A stretch of DNA of 64,000 nt from a virus, in IMG/VR virus record IMGVR_UViG_3300033049_000041, positions 21,232 through 85,231 of that record; one strand, written 5' to 3'. The position numbers were made by a program, and so were the translations under genes. The notes beneath the pieces were generated by a model. The model was given only the letters and a program-made list of their open reading frames with translations, searched no databases and was not told the origin of the DNA. Every line of letters starts with the position of its first letter. Position 1 is the stretch's first letter. Shown one piece after another: positions 9,061-17,604 of the stretch.

Positions 9061-9246
9061 TTAATCTTTATTTAGTTTGTTTAGTAATTAGTTTAACTGC
9101 TTTATCATCCTGTAAATCCAATAGTGCTTCCTTAATGTCAGGATGTGTTAAATCATTCTTAGCTAATATTCTAGCAAGATAGATTATAGAATCTATAAAT
9201 CCTATCAACATTCCTTCATCACTTTTACAATCTATTGGTTTATTCA

Positions 9247-9498
9247 TTATGCTATCCTTACGGTACTCTCTTTCAAGGATTTAATATAAAATCTTTTAAG
9301 CATTGTTGCGTATTCCTCATCTTTAAATTCACCACCATTAGCATCTGCTATAGGTATTGGAAATTCATACTTTACTTCATTGACTTTAAATGAGTAGAAA
9401 AGATTTTCATCTTTAAATCTCATAAACTTAGCCATTCTCTTAGTTCTATCTGCTTCATAAGCAAATTCTTTTACACTTGGAAATTCTACATTTTCCAT
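9247..9498 (-). CDS. hypothetical protein
   Basis: 83-aa ORF. Confidence 0.65.
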   Translation of the reverse strand: MENVEFPSVKEFAYEADRTKRMAKFMRFKDENLFYSFKVNEVKYEFPIPIADANGGEFKDEEYATMLKRFYIKSLKESTVRIA

Positions 9499-9543
9499 TA
9501 CTCTACTCTTTAATAATTCCTTACTTATCTTTCTTTTGTATTG

Positions 9544-9616
9544 TGCGAGTGACAGGTCTCGAACCTGCAGCCTTCAGATTGGAAATCTATTGCGCTACCA
9601 ATTGCGCCACACTCGC
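9544..9616 (-). tRNA. tRNA-Gly(UCC)
   Basis: Cloverleaf; loop TTTCCAA. Confidence 0.92.
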
Positions 9617-9694
9617 TTAATAAGGAGGAGAAAGTAACTTAATCATTATATAGACACGTATTGCATCCTCCTCCGTTAACTTGAACTATAGTAG

Positions 9695-9779
9695 TACTCC
9701 CAGTGGGAGTTGAACCCACACGAACCAATCGGTCCACTGGATTTTAAGTCCAGCATGTCTACCATTCCATCATGAGAGC
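9695..9779 (-). tRNA. tRNA-Leu(UAA)
   Basis: Type II cloverleaf; CTGGA-CTTAAAA-TCCAG. Confidence 0.93.
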
Positions 9780-9786
9780 ATTTGTA

Positions 9787-10239
9787 TTACATTCTATTGT
9801 AATAATCTAACCAAAATTCTATATCTTCAAAATCTATAACTGTCAATCTATCTGATTTATTTCCCATTTTAAAACCAATCTTAAACTGTTCATTTTCAAA
9901 GATAACAAATGTAAATCCTTTTAACCAACTATATAAATCTTGTTGTACGAATCCTTTTCTTTTAAAGAATGATTCTGCTTTATTTAAGCGAGAAGTTATG
10001 TTATGTTGAGGAGAAATTTCCTTAATATTAGGTAAACCACCAACTACTACGTAATGCTCACAACCTTTAATCTTCTTTAGTTTAGCAAATCCTTTATCAG
10101 GATATGGATGAAACTTATTGTAAATATAGCCATTAGGACTAAGTGATATAGGACCTATTATACTAGCACTACCAGCACTTTGTACTATGTAATTGCCCGC
10201 TTTATCTAAATCATCATTATCAGTTTTAATTCTACGCAT
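9787..10239 (-). CDS. hypothetical protein
   Basis: 150-aa ORF, start overlaps the upstream stop. Confidence 0.7.
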   Translation of the reverse strand: MRRIKTDNDDLDKAGNYIVQSAGSASIIGPISLSPNGYIYNKFHPYPDKGFAKLKKIKGCEHYVVVGGLPNIKEISPQHNITSRLNKAESFFKRKGFVQQDLYSWLKGFTFVIFENEQFKIGFKMGNKSDRLTVIDFEDIEFWLDYYNRM

Positions 10240-10589
10240 TATTTCATTTGATTATTATTACCACCCAATATACTATTATTATTTCCTATTAGTATGTTAT
10301 TATTACCATGTACAGTACAGCTATAACCAGTAACTTTATTGTTATTTCCACTAACATCAATATCATTACCTGATACCTTATTATTATTGCCAATAACATG
10401 AACATTATTACCTGAGAATGTAGAATTATTCATCTTAACAGTCCTCTTAGACCATTTTCCTAGTTTAACGACAGATAACTCCACTTTCTTCTTTAAAGGC
10501 TTCTTAGCGTAATTTGTACCACAATAATCACACGTAGTAGCATCTTCTAAGATAGGTGCTGTACAAGCTAAACATTTTAATATTTCCAT
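10239..10589 (-). CDS. zinc ribbon plus Asn/Gly-rich beta-solenoid-like protein
   Basis: CxxC...CxxC followed by 7-residue V-x-GNNN repeats; ATG at 10589. Confidence 0.75.
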   Translation of the reverse strand: MEILKCLACTAPILEDATTCDYCGTNYAKKPLKKKVELSVVKLGKWSKRTVKMNNSTFSGNNVHVIGNNNKVSGNDIDVSGNNNKVTGYSCTVHGNNNILIGNNNSILGGNNNQMK

Positions 10590-10604
10590 GATTATTATTT
10601 TTAG

Positions 10605-10701
10605 TACCAAAAGAAGGACTCGAACCCCCAGTCACTTTACAATCAATTACTAGCACATTGAGTGTTTCATAAAGCCGCTTTGCCAATTAGCGTATTTCGG
10701 T
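10605..10701 (-). ncRNA. tRNA-like RNA with extended anticodon arm
   Basis: Acceptor ACCGAAA/TTTTGGT-A, D arm, T arm; GCTTTAT/GTAAAGT encloses about 28 extra nt. Confidence 0.65.
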
Positions 10702-10744
10702 ATGAATTAGAAGGAATCGTATATCCTAGATTCCCTCTAATTTT

Positions 10745-11000
10745 TGTAACTACTAGTATTCAATAGATCTTTAGCTAAGAGACTCTTGTTCTACCACTGA
10801 ACTACACGTCCATAGCAAGTAATGAGATGCTTCTAGGCAGTCATTACTCGATTGGTTTCACCCATTTGGAGCAATCCAATTGAGGACGTGGTGGGAATCG
10901 AACCCACGACGTAGAGATTAAGGTATCTATTGACGTTCATAAATGCTTCAATCTAAAGCTTGACTCACAAAACTAAATCTAAAAGGCTAGTGTTGCTACA
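10745..11000 (-). ncRNA. YrlA-topology Y RNA-like ncRNA
   Basis: Long terminal stems, then T arm GTGGGTTCGATTCCCAC, closed acceptor CACGTCC...GGACGTG, then D arm GTTCAGTGGTAGAAC (order T-acceptor-D). Confidence 0.75.
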
Positions 11001-11029
11001 TCTAATGCTAAAGCTTAAAAGTCATATTT

Positions 11030-11827
11030 TTAAAGACCAGCATGAAGGTAATCAAATACCTTCAAACCTAAGTCTGATTTTTTAATTTCTACTGAGTTAG
11101 CTGATTCTAATGCCTCTATTACAGCAGTATATAGAGTATTAAAATTCGTAATAACTCTGGCTCTCAATTGAATTGAAATCTCACCTGAGAACTTCTGTTC
11201 AGTATAAGTACCTGTTTGAACAAGTTCCTTACGAGCAGACTTCACTGGTGTTCTATTTTGCCCAGGATTGTTATCTTCTAGAATATACTCTGTTGTATTA
11301 GTAGTTCTAGTTACACCTTCGTACAACTCATTCTCATAAACACCAGTACGTGCAAAATCCTCATTTTCTGAAACTTTCCACATTTCATTTTGTTCTCTAA
11401 CAGGTAAAACCGCATAGATGTCTCTCAACTTAGATTTCTCTAAAGTTGATTTCAATCTCAATAATTCCAAAGAACTGTATTCACCCCAAGACTTTCCTTC
11501 AACTATCAATTCTGCTTTTACAACTCCAGAAGCATTAGTTTTCTCAATAGAGAAAACAATTTCCATGTAATTTTCAGCAGATTTAGCCATGTAATCTAGT
11601 TGCTCCTTTACAGTAGCTGATACATATTTAGTAGCAATTCTATTCTCTTCAGGTAAATATGGCTCAATCGCCTTATGAGTTTTCTTTACTCCTAGGTACA
11701 ATCCTTGCTTATTCTTTAAATTAGATAAAGCATTACTTGTGTTGTTTTTAAATTCACCTTCTCCTCGCTCTCTAAGTCCAATATATGTACCTAGAGTTTG
11801 TTTTCTAATTGGGTTATTATCTGACAT
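11030..11827 (-). CDS. coiled-coil-rich protein preceding the YrlA-like RNA (DUF7873-like by recollection)
   Basis: 265-aa ORF; EKTNA...ELLRLK pattern recalls a family I associate with TROVE/Y-RNA loci, not verified. Confidence 0.65.
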   Translation of the reverse strand: MSDNNPIRKQTLGTYIGLRERGEGEFKNNTSNALSNLKNKQGLYLGVKKTHKAIEPYLPEENRIATKYVSATVKEQLDYMAKSAENYMEIVFSIEKTNASGVVKAELIVEGKSWGEYSSLELLRLKSTLEKSKLRDIYAVLPVREQNEMWKVSENEDFARTGVYENELYEGVTRTTNTTEYILEDNNPGQNRTPVKSARKELVQTGTYTEQKFSGEISIQLRARVITNFNTLYTAVIEALESANSVEIKKSDLGLKVFDYLHAGL

Positions 11828-11870
11828 GTTTTTTTACTTTTCCTTTTTACTAAATCTAATTCTAAAATTG

Positions 11871-12017
11871 GGTGGGTGATCGGACTCGAACCGACGACCT
11901 TTCATTTAACAGATGATAATGCGAAGTAACTTATGAAAATCAGTACTACCGTAGTAAACAAATGTATTCTAAGTATAAAAATGCATAAATGCTCTAACCA
12001 ACTGAGCTACACCCACC
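11871..12017 (-). ncRNA. tRNA (His-like body, GUU anticodon) carrying the Y-like module as an insertion
   Basis: GGTGGGTG/CACCCACC acceptor, D arm, insert containing GTACTGATT...GTTACTTCG, TCAT-CTGTTAA-ATGA arm, T arm. Confidence 0.8.
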
Positions 12018-12022
12018 GTTTG

Positions 12023-12490
12023 TTATTTTAAATATCCAAAATCAATTAACCATTCATCAATCTTCTTATATAAATCTCTAGGTATTTTAATCCTATTATA
12101 TCTCCATTCTATGTTATTATGAAATGATACAGTATTATCATCAGTGTGAAATGATAAGTAAGGTCTATATTCACCATCCAATGCAACATAAGAACGAAAT
12201 CTAATAATACTACCATTAAAACCAACGTAAGTTTGATTATTACTACCTGACTTAACTTCCGTTACAGTTCTATTCATACATACTAATTGGGCATGACCAA
12301 AACTAGTTAAAGGTTTTCTCTGGTCTGAACAGCAACATAATAATAGTATATAATCCTTTAAGTACATTGCAGGTATAAAATGCTTAACATGTACAGGTAT
12401 CTGATACTTATTAAACAATTCTGCACGTTTCTTTATAGAGAAATCTTGATAATTAACAACCGCTATTAATTCTGATACTATCTTATTCAT
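12023..12490 (-). CDS. hypothetical protein
   Basis: 155-aa ORF. Confidence 0.7.
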   Translation of the reverse strand: MNKIVSELIAVVNYQDFSIKKRAELFNKYQIPVHVKHFIPAMYLKDYILLLCCCSDQRKPLTSFGHAQLVCMNRTVTEVKSGSNNQTYVGFNGSIIRFRSYVALDGEYRPYLSFHTDDNTVSFHNNIEWRYNRIKIPRDLYKKIDEWLIDFGYLK

Positions 12491-12503
12491 TTGATGTATT
12501 TAG

Positions 12504-12649
12504 CGGAACTATCGGGATTTGAACCCGATAATCTCTGAGTAGACAACCCAGAAAAATTACGAAGTAACATAATTAATTAATATTCCGTTGAAAGGAAATG
12601 AAGGCAAACTATGACTATACGTAACGCTCAACCATTGAGCATTAGTTCC
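12504..12649 (-). ncRNA. tRNA-Asp(GUC)-like RNA carrying the Y-like module between D and anticodon arms
   Basis: GGAACTA/TAGTTCC-G acceptor; insert closed by TTACG/CGTAA contains ATATTAATT...GTTACTTCG; CTGGG-TTGTCTA-CTCAG arm. Confidence 0.8.
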
Positions 12650-12656
12650 ATATTAG

Positions 12657-12729
12657 TGATCCCGCAAGGACTTGAACCTTGAACCTCCGTGTTAAAAGCA
12701 CGATGCTCTACCAGTTGAGCTACGAAATC
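12657..12729 (-). tRNA. tRNA-Lys(UUU)
   Basis: Cloverleaf; TCGTG-CTTTTAA-CACGG. Confidence 0.93.
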
Positions 12730-12830
12730 ATTTAGTCCTTTGTTAATATATTATAGTTTTTACCTGCTATGTACACTACAGGCTTTAATATACTCACTTA
12801 ACTCCACAAGGACTAGATGGATGCTTTTAA

Positions 12831-12916
12831 TGGGTCACATAACGAGATTCGAACTCGCTAATCTTTCGATACTGGTACCACAAACCAGCCCAACTCTCCA
12901 ACTTTGGCGTATGTGA
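12831..12916 (-). tRNA. tRNA-His(GUG), atypical long variable arm
   Basis: CTGGT-TTGTGGT-ACCAG; C73 plus CCA; extra ATC-GAAA-GAT arm. Confidence 0.8.
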
Positions 12917-12941
12917 AATCTTAAATATCTTGATAATTGTA

Positions 12942-13151
12942 TTAATCTTCTTCTTCTTCTTCGTAGTAGTCAGTAATAACATCAGTTATACTTAACGACT
13001 CTTTTACTAATGGCGCTCCTCCAACACTTAAATGGTAGAAATCATCTAATTTCTCTAAAGCTCTCTTCTCAGCTTCTTCCTCACTAAGTCCAGTAGTATC
13101 AATGCTAAAATTGAAGGTAATTGTTCCTTCAGTATAGTATTCCTTTTTCAT
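12942..13151 (-). CDS. small acidic protein
   Basis: 69-aa ORF. Confidence 0.65.
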   Translation of the reverse strand: MKKEYYTEGTITFNFSIDTTGLSEEEAEKRALEKLDDFYHLSVGGAPLVKESLSITDVITDYYEEEEED

Positions 13152-13261
13152 AATTCTTCTTTAAAAGGAGGATAGACTAACTACTTCCTATCCTCCATAC
13201 TTTCCTAAACATATACTTCCTATGAAAAAGTATAAAAACATCATAATAATAACAATGCTTG

Positions 13262-13333
13262 CGTCCCAGGAGGGATTTGAACCCACGACCATTCGGTTAA
13301 CAGCCGAGCGCTCTACCACTGAGCTACTAAGAC
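13262..13333 (-). tRNA. tRNA-Asn(GUU)
   Basis: Cloverleaf; loop CTGTTAA. Confidence 0.92.
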
Positions 13334-13457
13334 GTAAATGAGAGTACCCTAACAATACTCCCGTTGGTGTACACCTTGATACTAAACCCTATGTCATCTG
13401 CTAATTAGGATAGCATAGTCTTCGTTTTGTATACCCAATTCCGAAGAATTTTTTATA

Positions 13458-14084
13458 CTATTCGGAAGACAATATGGCTTGCATCAGTTTCTTTTCGTTA
13501 TCACTAAAGTACTCAGGAAATTTCTTAAGTATCATACTATATGACTTCTTAAAATCTCCAGCAATAACTATACTTATTTTATTATACAACTTTAAAGTGA
13601 TGTAATGATATACATCCTCTTTCAATAAGTGTTTGTAGTTATGTTCCTTAATTCTAAATGTTCTTTCGAACTTTCTTCTCTTATTCTTACTCCATGCAGA
13701 AAGTAATTCATCTGCTAAATCTTTTCTTCCTCTGAAATAAAAGGTAAATAAGTTTAACATTTCATCTGTAATATTGTTTACTCTTAGGCTTACCATATTA
13801 TAATTTTCAAAGAAGTTAACAATTTTAGTTTTACCATGAAATCCAGCTAACATAATTAATTCAAATAATTCAGCTTGCTCTAGTATATCACTTTTTAATG
13901 CTTTTACTAAATCTATTACAAAACTCTTATCTGTATAATCATAGTATCCTAGATGAAATCGTTCTTCATCTTTTCTAAAGGTAACATATCCTGCAAACAT
14001 AAATCCAAAACCACCAATTCTATGATGAGGATAGTAAATAGTACCCCTTTTAATATAGGGATATAATATGGAGTCTGGTTGCAT
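13458..14084 (-). CDS. hypothetical protein
   Basis: 208-aa ORF. Confidence 0.7.
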   Translation of the reverse strand: MQPDSILYPYIKRGTIYYPHHRIGGFGFMFAGYVTFRKDEERFHLGYYDYTDKSFVIDLVKALKSDILEQAELFELIMLAGFHGKTKIVNFFENYNMVSLRVNNITDEMLNLFTFYFRGRKDLADELLSAWSKNKRRKFERTFRIKEHNYKHLLKEDVYHYITLKLYNKISIVIAGDFKKSYSMILKKFPEYFSDNEKKLMQAILSSE

Positions 14085-14142
14085 GATATGGATTTGAATT
14101 GTGTAATAAATTGAGTGGTCGGGGTAGCAAGATTCGAACTTG

Positions 14143-14529
14143 CTATAAAGAATTTATAAATTCAGCATGATAAGAAGTAACTTCATCTTCAATAAGATGT
14201 TTAAATCTACTATGCCAGTATTTATGATGAGTAGGACATAAGGGTATTAAATTTTCTATAGAATTATTAGTGTGATTTCCATCAAAATGATGTACTTCTA
14301 CAATATTAGATTCTTTACAAATTACACATGATTTTTCATGTTGTAGAAAACAAGTACTACGATAGCGAGATTCTTTCCAATTAGGATTATTCTTACCACT
14401 TCTAAAATATGTATTTGAACATGAATGTGAACAAGTAGTTTTCTCTCTTGGAGACCCTTGTTTAGTTTCAAATTCGTTATCGCATACAGGACAACTTTTA
14501 ATTATCCTGTTATATACCTTTCTACTCAC
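14143..14529 (-). CDS. HNH endonuclease
   Basis: CPVC, CSHSC, CVIC, VHHFDGNHTNNSIENLIPLCPTHH; GTG start inferred because the ORF-track start lies inside the tRNA. Confidence 0.88.
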   Translation of the reverse strand: MSRKVYNRIIKSCPVCDNEFETKQGSPREKTTCSHSCSNTYFRSGKNNPNWKESRYRSTCFLQHEKSCVICKESNIVEVHHFDGNHTNNSIENLIPLCPTHHKYWHSRFKHLIEDEVTSYHAEFINSL

Positions 14530-14543
14530 AACTTGTAATTGAG

Positions 14544-14618
14544 TATGGGTGTCCAGATTCGAACTGGAAATCTCTTGCTCCCAAAGCAAGTGCCTTAACC
14601 TGATTAGGCTACACCCAT
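14544..14618 (-). tRNA. tRNA-Pro(UGG)
   Basis: Cloverleaf; CTTGC-TTTGGGA-GCAAG. Confidence 0.92.
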
Positions 14619-14706
14619 ATATCCCTTATGTCTTATTCTTTCTTTTACTAACTCATTAACTGAGCTATACCCCGAAATGTCGAATTTAATCGACTATATT
14701 GTAAAT

Positions 14707-15258
14707 TTATGCTATACTTATATCTATCTCTAGATTATAAGCATCAACATGAAAGTGATACTTTTCTATGATGAATTGTAACATTGATTTGTATATTCTT
14801 TTATTATCCATTAAAATGTATGAATTATCATCAAAGTAAGCATACAGATTTTCTAATGTACTAATATAGAATGTCTTACATCCTATACTTAAAAGTTTCT
14901 CTTCTACACTAACAACCCAATCATTTCCTAATGTATACGGTGAACATAAAGCAGCACTGTGTATATGTGCATAAGCTTTATCTAGCCGTTTCTCAGTATG
15001 AATATTTCTTAGTGTTGCAGAATCACTAGGTCTCCAATTACTACCAAAACAAATAAGATATTCATACTTATAGCTAACTGAAGATACTACTGCAGTTTTA
15101 GATTGCTCTGTTCTTATAGCATAATCCAAATAGCATTTTCTATGGAACTCTTTAATCTCTGTAGTACTACCTTTATAATAGTAATAGAACTTCTTATGTG
15201 CTCTACTAATGTGTTTCTTAATCTCCTTCTTCCTCGCTCTCTCCTCCTCCTTTGTCAT
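14707..15258 (-). CDS. hypothetical protein
   Basis: 183-aa ORF. Confidence 0.7.
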   Translation of the reverse strand: MTKEEERARKKEIKKHISRAHKKFYYYYKGSTTEIKEFHRKCYLDYAIRTEQSKTAVVSSVSYKYEYLICFGSNWRPSDSATLRNIHTEKRLDKAYAHIHSAALCSPYTLGNDWVVSVEEKLLSIGCKTFYISTLENLYAYFDDNSYILMDNKRIYKSMLQFIIEKYHFHVDAYNLEIDISIA

Positions 15259-15260
15259 TC

Positions 15261-15404
15261 TTAATCTTTTTTATCACATACAGTACAGGTAAACTTTGGT
15301 GAACCTGTTTTTACATTAGTAGCCGTAGCGTATCTTTTTCCTTTACCGTAATTCTTATCTTGGAACTCATGTTCACAATCACACTTAATAATCTTTCCTG
15401 CCAT
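15261..15404 (-). CDS. small putative zinc-binding protein (47 aa, not in ORF track)
   Basis: Hand translation MAGKIIKCDCEHEFQDKNYGKGKRY...FTCTVCDKKD fills the gap between flanking genes. Confidence 0.7.
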   Translation of the reverse strand: MAGKIIKCDCEHEFQDKNYGKGKRYATATNVKTGSPKFTCTVCDKKD

Positions 15405-15415
15405 TTTATTTTGTT

Positions 15416-15700
15416 TTAAGCGGGTTTATAGGCTGAACCATATACTTGTCTAGTCCAACCATTTACATGACCTTTATTGTTACCTATTTGATACTTATCA
15501 TCCTTTATAGCTAAAACCTTATGTACCATGAAAGTACCTTTAACTTTACAAAGAACAACATCATCAACTAAATAACCAGGTCTTTTAACAAACAATAAAC
15601 GTTCGCCACTCTTGATTCTAGGTAACATTGAGTTACCCTTTGGTTTCCCAAAAGCATAACCTTGTTCTTTTAGAAAAATAATAGCTAATTGGTAATTCAT
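15416..15700 (-). CDS. S24/S26 peptidase-like protein
   Basis: GNSMLP...VHKV...GNN pattern. Confidence 0.75.
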   Translation of the reverse strand: MNYQLAIIFLKEQGYAFGKPKGNSMLPRIKSGERLLFVKRPGYLVDDVVLCKVKGTFMVHKVLAIKDDKYQIGNNKGHVNGWTRQVYGSAYKPA

Positions 15701-15880
15701 TCTTTAAACATTTCTGACCAATATTTCCCATTTACTTTAATTTTCTCATAAGGTAAAATAGATTTTATGGCATTTAGACGTTTTTTTATCTTGTCAATAC
15801 TTAAACTACAAGGTTTTGATGTAACTAAAGCTGTATGGTCTAACACTCTAATTTTAAATGTACTCTCCATAATTATTATT

Positions 15881-15956
15881 TGGTGGTCCCACCTGGACTC
15901 GAACCAGGGACCAGCGGGTTATGAGTCCGCTACTCTAACCACTGAGCTATAGGACC
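15881..15956 (-). tRNA. tRNA(CAU), probably Ile2 (lysidine type)
   Basis: Cloverleaf with encoded ACCA; Ile-like body GGTCCTATAGCTCAGTGGTTAGAG. Confidence 0.88.
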
Positions 15957-16055
15957 GAATAAGACCAAGCCAAGCCTTGTATATCTTGGAGTACGACTTT
16001 ATAAGTTAAACTAACCGTCGGTGTCCGTATCTTGGTCTATATCTTAAAATTATTT

Positions 16056-16388
16056 TTATAAATTGTCTAACCAATTATGAGGTGTCATATTATTGCCACC
16101 AAACTCATTAAAATTGGTATGGGTTGGTAATACTTTATGTTGTTTTATCATATCATTAGCAACTTGTTCAGCAAAAGCTGAATGTATATCTATTTGTGCT
16201 TTACTAGCTAGTTCTGCTTCTACCGCATCAGCCACACTAGCTTTAGGCATCGGTTTACTAGAATCTACAACTAACGTCCATGCCTCCCAATCAGGAAACA
16301 TATTTTGAATCTGAAATACAAAAGCTCCTAACATAGAATTACTATTTAGTGTAATAGTCTTCTTATCAAAATCTAATTCTACTTTCAT
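16056..16388 (-). CDS. hypothetical protein
   Basis: 110-aa ORF. Confidence 0.65.
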   Translation of the reverse strand: MKVELDFDKKTITLNSNSMLGAFVFQIQNMFPDWEAWTLVVDSSKPMPKASVADAVEAELASKAQIDIHSAFAEQVANDMIKQHKVLPTHTNFNEFGGNNMTPHNWLDNL

Positions 16389-16400
16389 TATATATTAGGT

Positions 16401-16736
16401 TTAAAGATGAAATACCATGGGTTCTTTGAACTTAAATTCTTTAACTTCACCCTTCTCTTTTTCCCTAAGAATAACTAAGTGTACTTCAATATCTCCATTC
16501 GAATCTACTTTTAAGTCAATGATATTAACTTTATCAGTATCTTCATATTGATAGCTACTTCCTTCAGTTTGCTCTTTAAAGTTTTCTGACTTTAAATGAA
16601 TATCAACCCTTTCTGTGAAAGTTGCATATAATTCTTCTTTTAAACTTGAGAAGATTTGCACTGCATTTCTAATCACTTCTACTTTCTGCATCTCTGGTTG
16701 AGCTTGCTCCCCGTTCTTTACTTCTAAATTATCCAT
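16401..16736 (-). CDS. hypothetical protein
   Basis: 111-aa ORF. Confidence 0.7.
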   Translation of the reverse strand: MDNLEVKNGEQAQPEMQKVEVIRNAVQIFSSLKEELYATFTERVDIHLKSENFKEQTEGSSYQYEDTDKVNIIDLKVDSNGDIEVHLVILREKEKGEVKEFKFKEPMVFHL

Positions 16737-16806
16737 TGACTGATTTTAGTCATTACTCTCAAATACATAGTATGTATTTTCTTTCTTTCTTTTTTTCCCT
16801 ACTTAG

Positions 16807-16880
16807 CACAGGACATAGGACTTGAACCTACAACCGTCTGGTCTGGAATCAGATGCTCTGCCAAATTGAGCTAATCCTGT
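16807..16880 (-). tRNA. tRNA-Trp(CCA)
   Basis: Cloverleaf; loop TTCCAGA. Confidence 0.88.
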
Positions 16881-16888
16881 GTGTATTC

Positions 16889-17290
16889 TTAAATTCTATC
16901 CTCTAAGAGTTCTATTTTCTCTTGTATGTGTGTAAACTTCCTTGGGTCTGTACGTTCTACATACTTAACACGTTCGTCCTTTAGAGCAAGTATTTGTAGT
17001 CTTATACGGTCTTTTATTGCTTGGTCTTTTAAATAGTTCTGTAACTTGTACAAGAATGGTATTCTTATCTTTATACTGAATTCTATATCACCATTAATTA
17101 ATGGTACTGCACCATTCCAAAAATTAAGAAATGCAGTAATAACTAGTATACCCAGTGAAACAACTTCAAAGATAGTGTTTGGTCCAATTGTTACATCTTC
17201 AAACCAAAAACAACTACAGAATACTAAACTATAAACATTAATCAAACCTAATAACCACCATCCAATGTTCTTATCATTAATCTCTATCAT
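16889..17290 (-). CDS. membrane protein
   Basis: Two N-terminal hydrophobic segments. Confidence 0.7.
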   Translation of the reverse strand: MIEINDKNIGWWLLGLINVYSLVFCSCFWFEDVTIGPNTIFEVVSLGILVITAFLNFWNGAVPLINGDIEFSIKIRIPFLYKLQNYLKDQAIKDRIRLQILALKDERVKYVERTDPRKFTHIQEKIELLEDRI

Positions 17291-17323
17291 CTCTTACACT
17301 TTACCTCACTTAATGAATAATAG

Positions 17324-17397
17324 TAATCTGCACGGGGATCGAACCCGTAACCTCTAGGATGAAAACCTAGCGTCCTAACCAATTAGACCAGCAGATC
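17324..17397 (-). tRNA. tRNA-Glu(UUC)
   Basis: Cloverleaf; CTAGG-TTTTCAT-CCTAG. Confidence 0.92.
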
Positions 17398-17475
17398 GTA
17401 AATAAATAAATAAATAGGTGGCTGCGTGTATACCCAGCTCTTTTCTCTCACACTTACTTAGAGACCTATTTAAAA

Positions 17476-17591
17476 TAAGGGGAACTAAAGTAAAGATAGT
17501 AATATGGCGGCATCGAAACCGCAACTCTTGAATAAAAATCAAACGCTAAACCAATTAGCACGAAGTAACTATCTTAATCAGTATCCCCTTA
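17476..17591 (-). ncRNA. Y-like module RNA (acceptor stem replaced by the module, UUU anticodon position)
   Basis: AAGGGGA/TCCCCTT, TACTGATT, AAGATAGT/ACTATCTT, TACTTCG, then D, anticodon and T arms. Confidence 0.8.
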
Positions 17592-17604
17592 AATCTTAAA
17601 TATC

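Larger units (their letters stand above)
14116..14674 (-). mobile_element. split tRNA-Pro enclosing an intact tRNA-Pro and an HNH gene
   Basis: 5' half CGGGGTA-TAGCTCAGTTAATGAGT at 14651-14674; 3' half GCAAGTTCGAATCTTGC-TACCCCG-ACCA at 14116-14143. Confidence 0.75.

Noticed and set aside
11871-12649. Group I or archaeal-type tRNA introns; hammerhead reading of TACTGATT
   Set aside because: Inserts are too short for a group I core, no bulge-helix-bulge was seen, and the CUGANGA/GAAA core is incomplete
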